Shown here: positions 11,456 through 19,270 of the stretch, one piece after another
Numbering within the stretch: position 1 is the first letter of the stretch
Layout: every line of letters begins with the position of its first letter
Assembly: GCF_000227465.1 (NCBI RefSeq)
Contig: NC_016047.1
Span: 1,746,857 to 1,778,856, forward strand
Source of the DNA: Bacillus spizizenii TU-B-10
Lineage (GTDB): Bacteria > Bacillota > Bacilli > Bacillales > Bacillaceae
Reading direction: 5' to 3'
DNA length: 32,000 bases
Notes under the pieces: generated by a model
What the model saw: only the letters and a program-made list of their open reading frames with translations
The model's database searches: none
Told to the model about the DNA's origin: nothing
Position numbers and translations under genes: made by a program

Positions 11456-12100
11456 ATGAAAACAATCAATATCGTTGCGGGAGGCCCTAAAGATCTCATT
11501 CCTGATCTAACCGGCTATATGGCTGAGCACATCCTTTGGATCGGTGTTGACAAAGGCACCGTCACTCTTTTAGATGCCGGGATCATTCCTGATGAAGCCT
11601 TTGGAGATTTTGACAGCATAACAGAGCAAGAACGTCTCCGAATTCAAAAAGCCGCTCCCGCACTCCATGTGTATCAAGCAGAAAAAGATCAAACAGATTT
11701 AGACCTCGCCCTTGATTGGGCGCTGGAAAAACAGCCGGATATCATTCAGATCTTCGGCATTACAGGCGGCAGAGCTGATCATTTTTTAGGCAACATTCAG
11801 CTTCTGTACAGAGGTGTAAAAACGAATATAAAAATTAGGCTGATAGACAAACAAAATCATATTCAAATGTTCCCTCCCGGTGAATATGATATTGAGAAGG
11901 ATGAAAACAAGCGATATATCTCCTTCATACCGTTTTCCGAAGAAATACATGAGCTGACCCTGACTGGTTTTAAATATCCGCTAAATAAGTGTCATATTAT
12001 GCTCGGTTCAACACTATGTATTAGTAACGAACTCATTCATTCACGAGGTACTTTTTCGTTTGCAAAAGGCATATTAATAATGATAAGAAGCACGGATTAG
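11456..12100 (+). CDS. thiN: Thiamine pyrophosphokinase ThiN (YloS, 214 aa)
   Basis: TPK family features are present (GDFDS, catalytic and thiamine-binding halves). The length and sequence match what I recall for B. subtilis YloS. The RBS (AAAGGA) is weak. Confidence 0.9.
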   Translation: MKTINIVAGGPKDLIPDLTGYMAEHILWIGVDKGTVTLLDAGIIPDEAFGDFDSITEQERLRIQKAAPALHVYQAEKDQTDLDLALDWALEKQPDIIQIFGITGGRADHFLGNIQLLYRGVKTNIKIRLIDKQNHIQMFPPGEYDIEKDENKRYISFIPFSEEIHELTLTGFKYPLNKCHIMLGSTLCISNELIHSRGTFSFAKGILIMIRSTD

Positions 12101-12109
12101 CATGTGCTT
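12088..12109 (+). terminator. Weak hairpin overlapping the thiN stop codon (possible thiN terminator)
   Basis: AAGCAC (12088-12093) pairs with GTGCTT (12104-12109) around a 10-nt loop. A T-rich tail TTTCATTCATTTG follows. The stem is short, so this is tentative. Confidence 0.3.
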
Positions 12110-12169
12110 TCATTCATTTGCTGAAATCAATGAACAGGCGGTTACGGGACGTTATAGGAGGGGACAAAA

Positions 12170-12250
12170 ATGAAATTTTACACCATTAAATTGCCGAAGT
12201 TTTTAGGAGGAATTGTCCGGGCGATGCTGGGCTCATTTAGAAAAGATTAA
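12170..12250 (+). CDS. spoVM: Stage V sporulation micro-protein SpoVM (26 aa)
   Basis: Translated by hand as MKFYTIKLPKFLGGIVRAMLGSFRKD*. AGGAGGGG at 12156-12163 lies 6 nt upstream of the ATG. The gene sits between thiN and rpmB as in B. subtilis and is below the ORF-track length cut-off. Confidence 0.9.
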   Translation: MKFYTIKLPKFLGGIVRAMLGSFRKD

Positions 12251-12283
12251 TGCCCAGGGGTTCAAAGCCCTCTTTCACCACAT

Positions 12284-12321
12284 AAAAACGCCTGCCACTT
12301 ATCGAGGCAGGCGTTCATTTT
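12284..12321. terminator. Bidirectional intrinsic terminator shared by the convergent spoVM and rpmB
   Basis: Perfect 10-bp stem AACGCCTGCC (12287-12296) / GGCAGGCGTT (12306-12315) with a 9-nt loop. An A-run lies on the left and a T-run on the right. Confidence 0.75.
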
Positions 12322-12322
12322 G

Positions 12323-12523
<201 letters not shown>

Positions 12524-12594
12524 TCACTTGCACAAAACATCTACTTTTTAACATTCATATGGTCTTAGATGCTTTCGATATGGATACTTTAAAT

Positions 12595-12623
12595 AATTTA
12601 CCACAGCTAAAAAACGTTTGCAA
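12595..12623 (-). promoter_or_regulatory. Candidate sigma-A promoter of rpmB (minus strand)
   Basis: The minus strand reads TTGCAA (12623-12618), a 17-nt spacer, then TGgTAAATT (extended -10, hexamer 12600-12595). This lies about 85 nt upstream of the rpmB ATG. Confidence 0.4.
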
Positions 12624-12725
12624 CTATTGTTTCATCATCTTTCAAGAAAATTCACTTGACATCTTGCAGAAACAGCGGCGCTATAGTATATGTAGAGGGA
12701 CGGGCAGCAATAGCCAGGTCTTTTC

Positions 12726-12754
12726 TTTTCATAATGGAAACCATATAGTAGAAT
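12726..12754 (+). promoter_or_regulatory. Candidate sigma-A promoter proximal to yloU
   Basis: TTTTCA (12726-12731), a 17-nt spacer, then TAGAAT (12749-12754). An upstream TTGACA (12656-12661) has only a poorly spaced (20 nt) TATAGT. Confidence 0.3.
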
Positions 12755-12789
12755 AGCTGTAACTCTATGCATTCGAAGGAGGAACTAGT

Positions 12790-13152
12790 GTGTCCATTGA
12801 ATTAAGAACGAAGTACGGACAGATTGATATATCTAATGAAGTCATTGCGATGGTTGCAGGAGGCGCGGCGATTGATTGTTACGGCATTGTCGGCATGGCC
12901 TCTAAAAACCAGATTAAAGACGGACTGACTGAAATCCTTCGGAAAGAGAATTTCAGCAGGGGTGTCCAGGTTCGCCAAGAAGGAGAACAGATACATATTG
13001 ACATGTATATCATTGTCAGCTATGGCACGAAAATTTCTGAAGTGGCACATAATGTCCAAACAAAAGTAAAGTACACAGTAAATCAAACCATCGGACTGGA
13101 AGTGGACTCTGTTAATATTTATGTCCAAGGTGTCCGAGTGACGAACCCGTAG
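12790..13152 (+). CDS. yloU: Asp23/Gls24-family (DUF322, alkaline shock protein-like) protein YloU (120 aa), GTG start
   Basis: GAAGGAGGA RBS. The sequence IDISNEVIAMVAGGAAIDCYGIVGM...VDSVNIYVQGV is typical of Asp23-family proteins. Confidence 0.9.
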   Translation: MSIELRTKYGQIDISNEVIAMVAGGAAIDCYGIVGMASKNQIKDGLTEILRKENFSRGVQVRQEGEQIHIDMYIIVSYGTKISEVAHNVQTKVKYTVNQTIGLEVDSVNIYVQGVRVTNP

Positions 13153-13167
13153 TTAGGAGGAGTAGGA

Positions 13168-14829
13168 TTGTCTATCAGAACATTAGACGGCAGAACCTTT
13201 GCCGAGATGATTCTTGCGGGAGCGCAGAATCTGTCTCAAAATGCGAGTGCGGTTGATGCGCTGAACGTGTTTCCGGTGCCGGACGGCGATACTGGAACAA
13301 ACATGAATCTGTCGATGACTTCCGGAGCTAGAGAAGTGGAGAAAATGAATACGGATGATATCGGGAAGGTGGGCTCCGCGTTATCTAAAGGACTGCTCAT
13401 GGGAGCACGCGGAAATTCAGGAGTGATCCTGTCCCAATTGTTCCGCGGATTCAGTAAAAGCATTGAAACCAAAAAAGAAATTAATGCACTGGAGTTTGCC
13501 GCTGCGCTGCAAGCAGGTGTTGATATGGCGTATAAAGCTGTCATGAAACCTGTAGAGGGCACCATTTTAACAGTTGCAAAAGACGCTGCGAAAAAAGCGA
13601 TAACCCTGGCAGAAAAAGAAACCGATATCACAATGCTAATGACTGCAGTGAAAGAAGAAGCAGAGGCGTCTTTAAACCGGACCCCTGAATTGCTTCCTGT
13701 CCTGAAGGAAGTAGGAGTCGTCGACAGCGGCGGCAAAGGCCTGCTTTGTGTGTATGAAGGTTTCCTTGCTTCATTAAAAGGTGAAACTGTGCCTCAGAAA
13801 GCTGTTCTTCCATCACTTGATGACATGGTCAGCGCAGAGCATCATAAGAGCGCGCAAAGCCTGATGAATACCGAAGATATTGAATTTGGTTTTTGTACCG
13901 AAGTGATGGTAAGGCTCGATCAGACAAAACGAGAATTTGACGAAGGTACGTTCAGACAAGACCTCAGCCAGTTTGGTGATTCTCTGTTAGTTATTGCGGA
14001 TGAATCACTGGCGAAGGTGCATATTCATGCTGAAGAGCCGGGAAATGTATTAAACTATGCCCAGCATTACGGTGAATTAATCAAAATTAAAATAGAAAAT
14101 ATGAGAGAACAGCATACCTCCATCATCAGTCAAGAAAGCAAGCCTGCTGACAACGAAAAACCGCCGGCAAAGCAGCCGTATGGCATTGTAACTGTGGCGA
14201 TGGGAGAAGGCATTTCTGACTTATTCAAAAGCATCGGCGCTTCTGTTGTAATTGAAGGCGGACAGACTATGAACCCGAGCACTGAGGATATTGTCGAGGC
14301 TGTGAAATCTCTAAATGCAGAAACGGTGTTTATCTTACCAAATAACTCCAACATTATCATGGCGGCTAATCAAGCGGCCAGTGTAATGGATGAACAGGTT
14401 TTTGTCATACCGTCCAAAACGGTTCCGCAAGGGATGTCAGCCCTGCTGGCATTTAATCCGGATCAAGAAGCTGAAGCGAACGAAGGCAATATGCTCAGCG
14501 CCATTCAGCAAGTAAAAAGCGGGCAGGTGACGTATTCAGTCAGAGATACTCACATTGACGGCAAAGACATTAAAAAAGGCGACTTTATGGGGATTCTGAA
14601 TGGAACGATTATCGGCACTGCTGAAGATCAGCTGTCAGCCGCGAAAATGCTGTTGTCAGAAATGATCGGAGAAGACGACGAAATTGTCACCATCCTATAT
14701 GGTGAGGATGCGTCTCAGGAAGAAGCTGAGGAGCTTGAAGCGTTTCTTAGTGAAAAGTACGAGGAGATTGAGGTTGAGATCCACAACGGAAAACAGCCGC
14801 TGTATTCATATATAATTTCTGCAGAATAG
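13168..14829 (+). CDS. yloV: DAK2/DegV-partner domain protein YloV, orthologue of fatty acid kinase subunit FakA (553 aa), TTG start
   Basis: N-terminal Dak2 nucleotide-binding motif PDGDTGTNM and GNSGVILSQ, plus a C-terminal DhaL/FakA-type domain. TAGGAGGAG RBS. Confidence 0.9.
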   Translation: MSIRTLDGRTFAEMILAGAQNLSQNASAVDALNVFPVPDGDTGTNMNLSMTSGAREVEKMNTDDIGKVGSALSKGLLMGARGNSGVILSQLFRGFSKSIETKKEINALEFAAALQAGVDMAYKAVMKPVEGTILTVAKDAAKKAITLAEKETDITMLMTAVKEEAEASLNRTPELLPVLKEVGVVDSGGKGLLCVYEGFLASLKGETVPQKAVLPSLDDMVSAEHHKSAQSLMNTEDIEFGFCTEVMVRLDQTKREFDEGTFRQDLSQFGDSLLVIADESLAKVHIHAEEPGNVLNYAQHYGELIKIKIENMREQHTSIISQESKPADNEKPPAKQPYGIVTVAMGEGISDLFKSIGASVVIEGGQTMNPSTEDIVEAVKSLNAETVFILPNNSNIIMAANQAASVMDEQVFVIPSKTVPQGMSALLAFNPDQEAEANEGNMLSAIQQVKSGQVTYSVRDTHIDGKDIKKGDFMGILNGTIIGTAEDQLSAAKMLLSEMIGEDDEIVTILYGEDASQEEAEELEAFLSEKYEEIEVEIHNGKQPLYSYIISAE

Positions 14830-14852
14830 AAGGGCAATTTGCCCTTCTATTC
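14824..14852 (+). terminator. Strong hairpin at the yloV 3' end (terminator with a poor U-tract)
   Basis: Perfect 12-bp stem GAATAGAAGGGC / GCCCTTCTATTC (14824-14835 / 14841-14852) that includes the TAG stop. The tail TTATGTCTGCTTTT is only moderately T-rich. Confidence 0.6.
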
Positions 14853-14967
14853 TTATGTCTGCTTTTAAGTGCGGCAGCGCTGTAACGCGCCCGCTTGCCA
14901 TTTTATATCTGATCAATTAGTCTAGAAGCAAAGCGCTTATAAGCTCTGGTTCATAAGGAGGAATAGC

Positions 14968-15630
14968 ATGAAATACAGAAGCGTTTTTGATATTATTGGC
15001 CCGGTGATGATCGGTCCGTCCAGCTCGCATACCGCGGGAGCGGCGAGAATCGGGAGAGTGGCCAGAAGTTTATTTGGCAGAGAGCCTGAGTGCATCATTG
15101 TATCCTTTTACGGCTCTTTTGCGGAAACGTATAAAGGCCACGGCACAGATGTCGCGATTATCGGCGGATTGCTTGATTTTGATACATTCGACGAACGGAT
15201 TAAAACCGCTATACAAATTGCAGAAGATAAAGGAATTGATATAGAGTTTAGGGTTGAAGACGCTGTCCCAGTCCATCCGAACACAGCCAAAATCACCATT
15301 TCTGATGAAAAGGGAGAGCTTGAGCTGACGGGTATTTCGATTGGCGGAGGAAAGATTGAAATCACAGAATTAAATGGTTTTGAACTCCGGCTGTCAGGAA
15401 ATCACCCGGCCATATTAGTTGTTCATAATGACAAGTTTGGCACAATTGCCGGTGTTGCCAATGTTCTGGCGAAATTTTCAATCAACGTAGGACATATGGA
15501 AGTAGCCCGAAAGGATATCGGCCAGCTCGCGCTGATGACAATAGAGGTCGATCAAAATATTGACGACCACGTTCTCGACGAGCTGTCGAAACTGCCGAAT
15601 ATTATTCAAGTGACAAAGATTGCTGACTAG
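14968..15630 (+). CDS. sdaAB: L-serine dehydratase (iron-sulfur type), beta subunit (220 aa)
   Basis: The conserved N-terminus FDIIGPVMIGPSSSHTAGA and a C-terminal ACT-like domain. AAGGAGGA RBS. Confidence 0.95.
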   Translation: MKYRSVFDIIGPVMIGPSSSHTAGAARIGRVARSLFGREPECIIVSFYGSFAETYKGHGTDVAIIGGLLDFDTFDERIKTAIQIAEDKGIDIEFRVEDAVPVHPNTAKITISDEKGELELTGISIGGGKIEITELNGFELRLSGNHPAILVVHNDKFGTIAGVANVLAKFSINVGHMEVARKDIGQLALMTIEVDQNIDDHVLDELSKLPNIIQVTKIAD

Positions 15631-15653
15631 CGAAAGGTCAGGAGGAGCCAGCT

Positions 15654-16556
15654 ATGTTTCGTAATGTAAAGGAATTAATTGAGATTACTAAAGAAAAGCA
15701 AATATCCATCTCTGATGTAATGATCGCACAAGAGATGGAAGTAACAGAAAAAACAAAAGAAGAGATTTTTCAGCAGATGGATCACAATCTGACTGTTATG
15801 GAAGCTGCGGTTCAGAAAGGACTCGAGGGAGTTACGAGCCAAACGGGCTTAACAGGCGGTGACGCCGTTAAATTACAGGCCTACATTCGATCAGGTAAAA
15901 GCCTGTCTGGCCCGCTAATTTTGGATGCTGTATCGAAAGCTGTTGCAACAAATGAAGTAAATGCAGCCATGGGAACGATCTGTGCGACACCGACTGCAGG
16001 TTCTGCCGGTGTGGTGCCTGGCACGTTATTTGCTGTAAAAGAAAAGCTGAACCCAACAAGAGAACAAATGATCCGCTTTTTATTTACAGCCGGTGCTTTC
16101 GGATTTGTCGTGGCTAATAACGCAAGTATTTCCGGCGCCGCCGGAGGATGTCAGGCAGAGGTTGGATCAGCCTCAGGCATGGCAGCTGCGGCGATTGTTG
16201 AAATGGCAGGGGGAACACCCGAACAAAGCGCGGAGGCCATGGCCATTACATTAAAAAATATGCTCGGCCTAGTGTGCGATCCTGTTGCGGGGCTTGTTGA
16301 AGTACCTTGCGTGAAACGGAATGCAATGGGCGCGTCAAATGCGATGATTGCTGCTGATATGGCATTGGCAGGCATTACAAGCCGCATTCCATGTGATGAG
16401 GTTATCGATGCCATGTATAAAATTGGCCAGACGATGCCTACTGCACTTAGAGAAACAGGCCAGGGCGGTTTGGCAGCAACACCGACAGGAAGAGAATTAG
16501 AGAAAAAAATTTTCGGAGGAGCGCTAGGTTCAAGTGAAACAACATCAGCAAACTAG
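15654..16556 (+). CDS. sdaAA: L-serine dehydratase (iron-sulfur type), alpha subunit (300 aa)
   Basis: Alpha-subunit motifs with cluster-ligand Cys residues: CATPTAGSAG, GGCQAEVGSA, LGLVCDPVAGLVEVPC. AGGAGGAG RBS. Confidence 0.95.
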   Translation: MFRNVKELIEITKEKQISISDVMIAQEMEVTEKTKEEIFQQMDHNLTVMEAAVQKGLEGVTSQTGLTGGDAVKLQAYIRSGKSLSGPLILDAVSKAVATNEVNAAMGTICATPTAGSAGVVPGTLFAVKEKLNPTREQMIRFLFTAGAFGFVVANNASISGAAGGCQAEVGSASGMAAAAIVEMAGGTPEQSAEAMAITLKNMLGLVCDPVAGLVEVPCVKRNAMGASNAMIAADMALAGITSRIPCDEVIDAMYKIGQTMPTALRETGQGGLAATPTGRELEKKIFGGALGSSETTSAN

Positions 16557-18582
16557 TATAGCTAACATTAAGGGTATTGGGCCGGAAACAGAAAAAACAT
16601 TGAATGAACTCGGTATTTATGACATTTCTGATCTTCTGAATTATTTCCCTTATCGCTATGATGACTACGAGCTGAGGGATTTAGAAGAAGTAAAGCATGA
16701 TGAAAGAGTTACAGTCGAAGGGAAGGTTCATTCAGAGCCTTCTCTTACCTATTACGGAAAGAAACGAAACAGGCTGACATTTAGGGTTCTCGTCGGCCAC
16801 TATTTAGTTACAGCCGTATGTTTCAACCGGCCTTATTTGAAGAAAAAGCTTTCTCTGGGTTCTGTCGTGACGGTCTCCGGTAAATGGGACAAGCACCGCC
16901 AAACCATCTCTGTTCAGGAGTTGAAGAACGGTCCGCACCAAGAGGATAAGAGCATTGAACCAGTGTATTCTGTGAAAGAAAATGTTACCGTCAAAATGAT
17001 GAGACGCTTTATTCAGCAGGCGCTGACTCAATATGCAGATGCACTTTTAGATCCTCTTCCGGAAAAGCTAAAAACACGCTATAAGCTGCCGGACTATCAG
17101 CAGGCGTTAAAAGCAATGCACCAGCCTGAAACAAGAGAAGCGTTAAAGCTTGCCAGACGCCGGTTTGTTTACGAAGAATTTTTGTTGTTTCAGTTGAAAA
17201 TGCAGGCGTTCCGAAAGGCGGAAAGAGAGCAGACACAAGGGATACGGCAGCGTTTTTCAAACGAAGAACTCATGAGATTTATCAAAAGCCTCCCGTTTCC
17301 CCTCACAAACGCCCAGTCGCGCGTGCTTCGCGAAATAACAGCAGACATGTCTTCTTCATACAGAATGAACCGTCTTCTTCAAGGGGACGTTGGATCAGGA
17401 AAAACGGCAGTCGCCGCCATTGCGCTGTATGCCGCGATCCTATCCGGATATCAGGGAGCGCTCATGGTACCGACAGAAATTCTGGCGGAACAGCATGCGG
17501 ATTCGCTCGTTTCACTATTTGAAAAGTGGGATGTCAGTGTCGCCCTTTTGACAAGCTCTGTTAAAGGGAAGCGGCGAAAAGAACTGCTTGAACGTCTTGA
17601 GGCGGGAGAGATTGATATTCTTGTAGGAACCCACGCTTTAATTCAGGATGAGGTGGAGTTTAAGGCGTTAAGTCTTGTCATTACAGATGAGCAGCATCGA
17701 TTTGGAGTTGAGCAGCGTAAAAAGCTTCGGAACAAAGGGCAGGATCCCGATGTTCTCTTTATGACAGCCACTCCAATCCCAAGAACGTTAGCCATCACAG
17801 TGTTCGGAGAAATGGATGTATCTGTCATAGATGAAATGCCGGCGGGACGAAAACAAATCGAAACCTATTGGGTAAAGCATGATATGCTGGACCGTATTTT
17901 GGCATTTGTCGAAAAAGAATTAAAGCAGGGCAGACAGGCTTATATCATCTGCCCGCTGATTGAAGAATCAGACAAGCTTGATGTGCAAAACGCCATTGAC
18001 GTGTACAATATGCTTTCTGAGATTTTCCGGGGGAAATGGAACGTCGGCCTTATGCACGGAAAGCTGCATTCCGATGAAAAAGATCAGGTCATGAGAGAAT
18101 TCAGCGCAAATCAGTGTCAAATTCTCGTATCAACCACTGTGGTGGAGGTTGGCGTGAATGTTCCGAATGCAACCATCATGGTGATTTATGACGCCGACCG
18201 TTTTGGGCTGTCACAGCTTCACCAGCTGCGCGGCCGTGTCGGACGGGGCGAGCACCAGTCTTTCTGTATTCTGATGGCCGATCCTAAATCAGAAACAGGG
18301 AAAGAACGGATGAGAATCATGTCCGAGACCAATGATGGCTTCGAGTTGTCTGAAAAGGATCTGGAACTGAGAGGCCCGGGAGATTTCTTCGGGAAAAAAC
18401 AAAGCGGAATGCCTGAATTCAAGGTGGCGGACATGGTTCATGATTACAGAGCACTTGAAACGGCAAGGCAGGATGCTGCGAATCTTGTGGCTTCTGATGC
18501 GTTCTGGAAGGAGCCGGAATATGGTGTGCTGAGAGAGCAATTGCTGAAGAGCGGAGTAATGGACGGGGAAAAATTAAGCTGA
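16534..18582 (+). CDS. recG: ATP-dependent DNA helicase RecG (682 aa), GTG start
   Basis: Wedge domain followed by helicase motifs GDVGSGKT, DEQHRFG and QLRGRVGRG. The gene overlaps the sdaAA 3' end by 23 nt. Confidence 0.94.
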   Translation: MKQHQQTSIANIKGIGPETEKTLNELGIYDISDLLNYFPYRYDDYELRDLEEVKHDERVTVEGKVHSEPSLTYYGKKRNRLTFRVLVGHYLVTAVCFNRPYLKKKLSLGSVVTVSGKWDKHRQTISVQELKNGPHQEDKSIEPVYSVKENVTVKMMRRFIQQALTQYADALLDPLPEKLKTRYKLPDYQQALKAMHQPETREALKLARRRFVYEEFLLFQLKMQAFRKAEREQTQGIRQRFSNEELMRFIKSLPFPLTNAQSRVLREITADMSSSYRMNRLLQGDVGSGKTAVAAIALYAAILSGYQGALMVPTEILAEQHADSLVSLFEKWDVSVALLTSSVKGKRRKELLERLEAGEIDILVGTHALIQDEVEFKALSLVITDEQHRFGVEQRKKLRNKGQDPDVLFMTATPIPRTLAITVFGEMDVSVIDEMPAGRKQIETYWVKHDMLDRILAFVEKELKQGRQAYIICPLIEESDKLDVQNAIDVYNMLSEIFRGKWNVGLMHGKLHSDEKDQVMREFSANQCQILVSTTVVEVGVNVPNATIMVIYDADRFGLSQLHQLRGRVGRGEHQSFCILMADPKSETGKERMRIMSETNDGFELSEKDLELRGPGDFFGKKQSGMPEFKVADMVHDYRALETARQDAANLVASDAFWKEPEYGVLREQLLKSGVMDGEKLS

Positions 18583-18583
18583 G

Positions 18584-18601
18584 CACCAGAAGTTTTTGGT
18601 G
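18584..18601 (+). terminator. Weak hairpin just after the recG stop
   Basis: CACCAGA / TTTGGTG forms a 7-bp stem (one G-U pair) with a 4-nt loop. There is no clear U-tract, so this is low confidence. Confidence 0.3.
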
Positions 18602-18619
18602 TTCAGTCAGAAACAATCG

Positions 18620-18648
18620 TTGCATTCCAATCTATGAAATTATATACT
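18620..18648 (+). promoter_or_regulatory. Candidate sigma-A promoter of the fapR-plsX-fabD-fabG-acpA operon
   Basis: TTGCAT (18620-18625), an exact 17-nt spacer, then TATACT (18643-18648). This lies about 45 nt upstream of the fapR ATG. Confidence 0.55.
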
Positions 18649-18651
18649 ACT

Positions 18652-18670
18652 ATTAGTACCTAGTCTTAAT
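18652..18670 (+). promoter_or_regulatory. FapR operator-like imperfect inverted repeat overlapping the predicted transcription start
   Basis: In ATTAGTACCTAGTCTTAAT, the half-sites ATTAGTAC and ATTAAGAC (reverse complement) flank CTA. This resembles the TTAGTACC-type FapR box described for fap regulon promoters, including fapR itself. Confidence 0.6.
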
Positions 18671-18690
18671 TGTCCGGATGGTGTTTAGAT

Positions 18691-19257
18691 ATGAGAAGAA
18701 ATAAGAGAGAACGCCAGGAATTACTTCAGCAGACGATTCAAGTAACCCCCTTTATTACAGATGAAGAATTAGCGGGTAAATTTGGGGTGAGTATCCAGAC
18801 GATACGTTTGGACCGCTTAGAGCTTTCCATACCGGAGCTGAGAGAAAGAATTAAGAACGTGGCAGAGAAAACACTTGAAGATGAAGTGAAATCCCTGTCA
18901 CTTGATGAAGTTATCGGAGAGATTATTGACCTTGAGCTGGATGATCAGGCGATATCCATTTTAGAAATAAAACAGGAGCATGTGTTCAGCCGGAATCAGA
19001 TTGCGAGAGGCCACCATTTATTTGCGCAGGCGAATTCCTTGGCTGTTGCAGTCATTGATGACGAGCTGGCGCTGACTGCAAGTGCAGACATCCGCTTTAC
19101 AAGACAGGTAAAGCAGGGTGAACGTGTCGTAGCGAAAGCGAAAGTGACGGCGGTCGAAAAAGAAAAAGGAAGAACAGTTGTCGAAGTGAACAGCTATGTC
19201 GGCGAAGAAATTGTTTTTTCTGGACATTTTGACATGTACCGTTCAAAACATTCATAA
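18691..19257 (+). CDS. fapR: Fatty acid/phospholipid synthesis repressor FapR (188 aa); start at ATG 18691
   Basis: N-terminal HTH ([16 protein letters not shown]...[20 protein letters not shown]) and a C-terminal hot-dog thioesterase-like effector domain. The track start at 18670 adds 7 non-conserved residues. Confidence 0.92.
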   Translation: MRRNKRERQELLQQTIQVTPFITDEELAGKFGVSIQTIRLDRLELSIPELRERIKNVAEKTLEDEVKSLSLDEVIGEIIDLELDDQAISILEIKQEHVFSRNQIARGHHLFAQANSLAVAVIDDELALTASADIRFTRQVKQGERVVAKAKVTAVEKEKGRTVVEVNSYVGEEIVFSGHFDMYRSKHS

Positions 19258-19270
19258 AGGTGGAGCATGC

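Noticed and set aside
12069-12098. A sigma-E-like -35 element GCATATT (12069-12075), with CACGGATT 15 nt downstream, as a possible spoVM promoter.
   Set aside because: The -10 candidate matches CATACAnT at only about 4/8 positions. The region also overlaps a possible thiN terminator hairpin. I cannot place the spoVM promoter reliably from sequence alone.
13236-13736. A 166-aa antisense ORF in yloV and a similar 152-aa antisense ORF in plsX (19252-19710).
   Set aside because: They are nested opposite genes with clear catalytic motifs. Their Ala/Ser/Pro-rich low-complexity translation and lack of start context mark them as artefacts.
14855-14920. Short intergenic ORFs: a 21-codon ORF starting at ATG 14855 (MSAFKCGSAVTRPLAILYLIN) and a 30-codon ORF starting near 22300 downstream of acpA.
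   Set aside because: Neither has a Shine-Dalgarno. Both start within or next to terminator hairpins and have no conserved-looking sequence.
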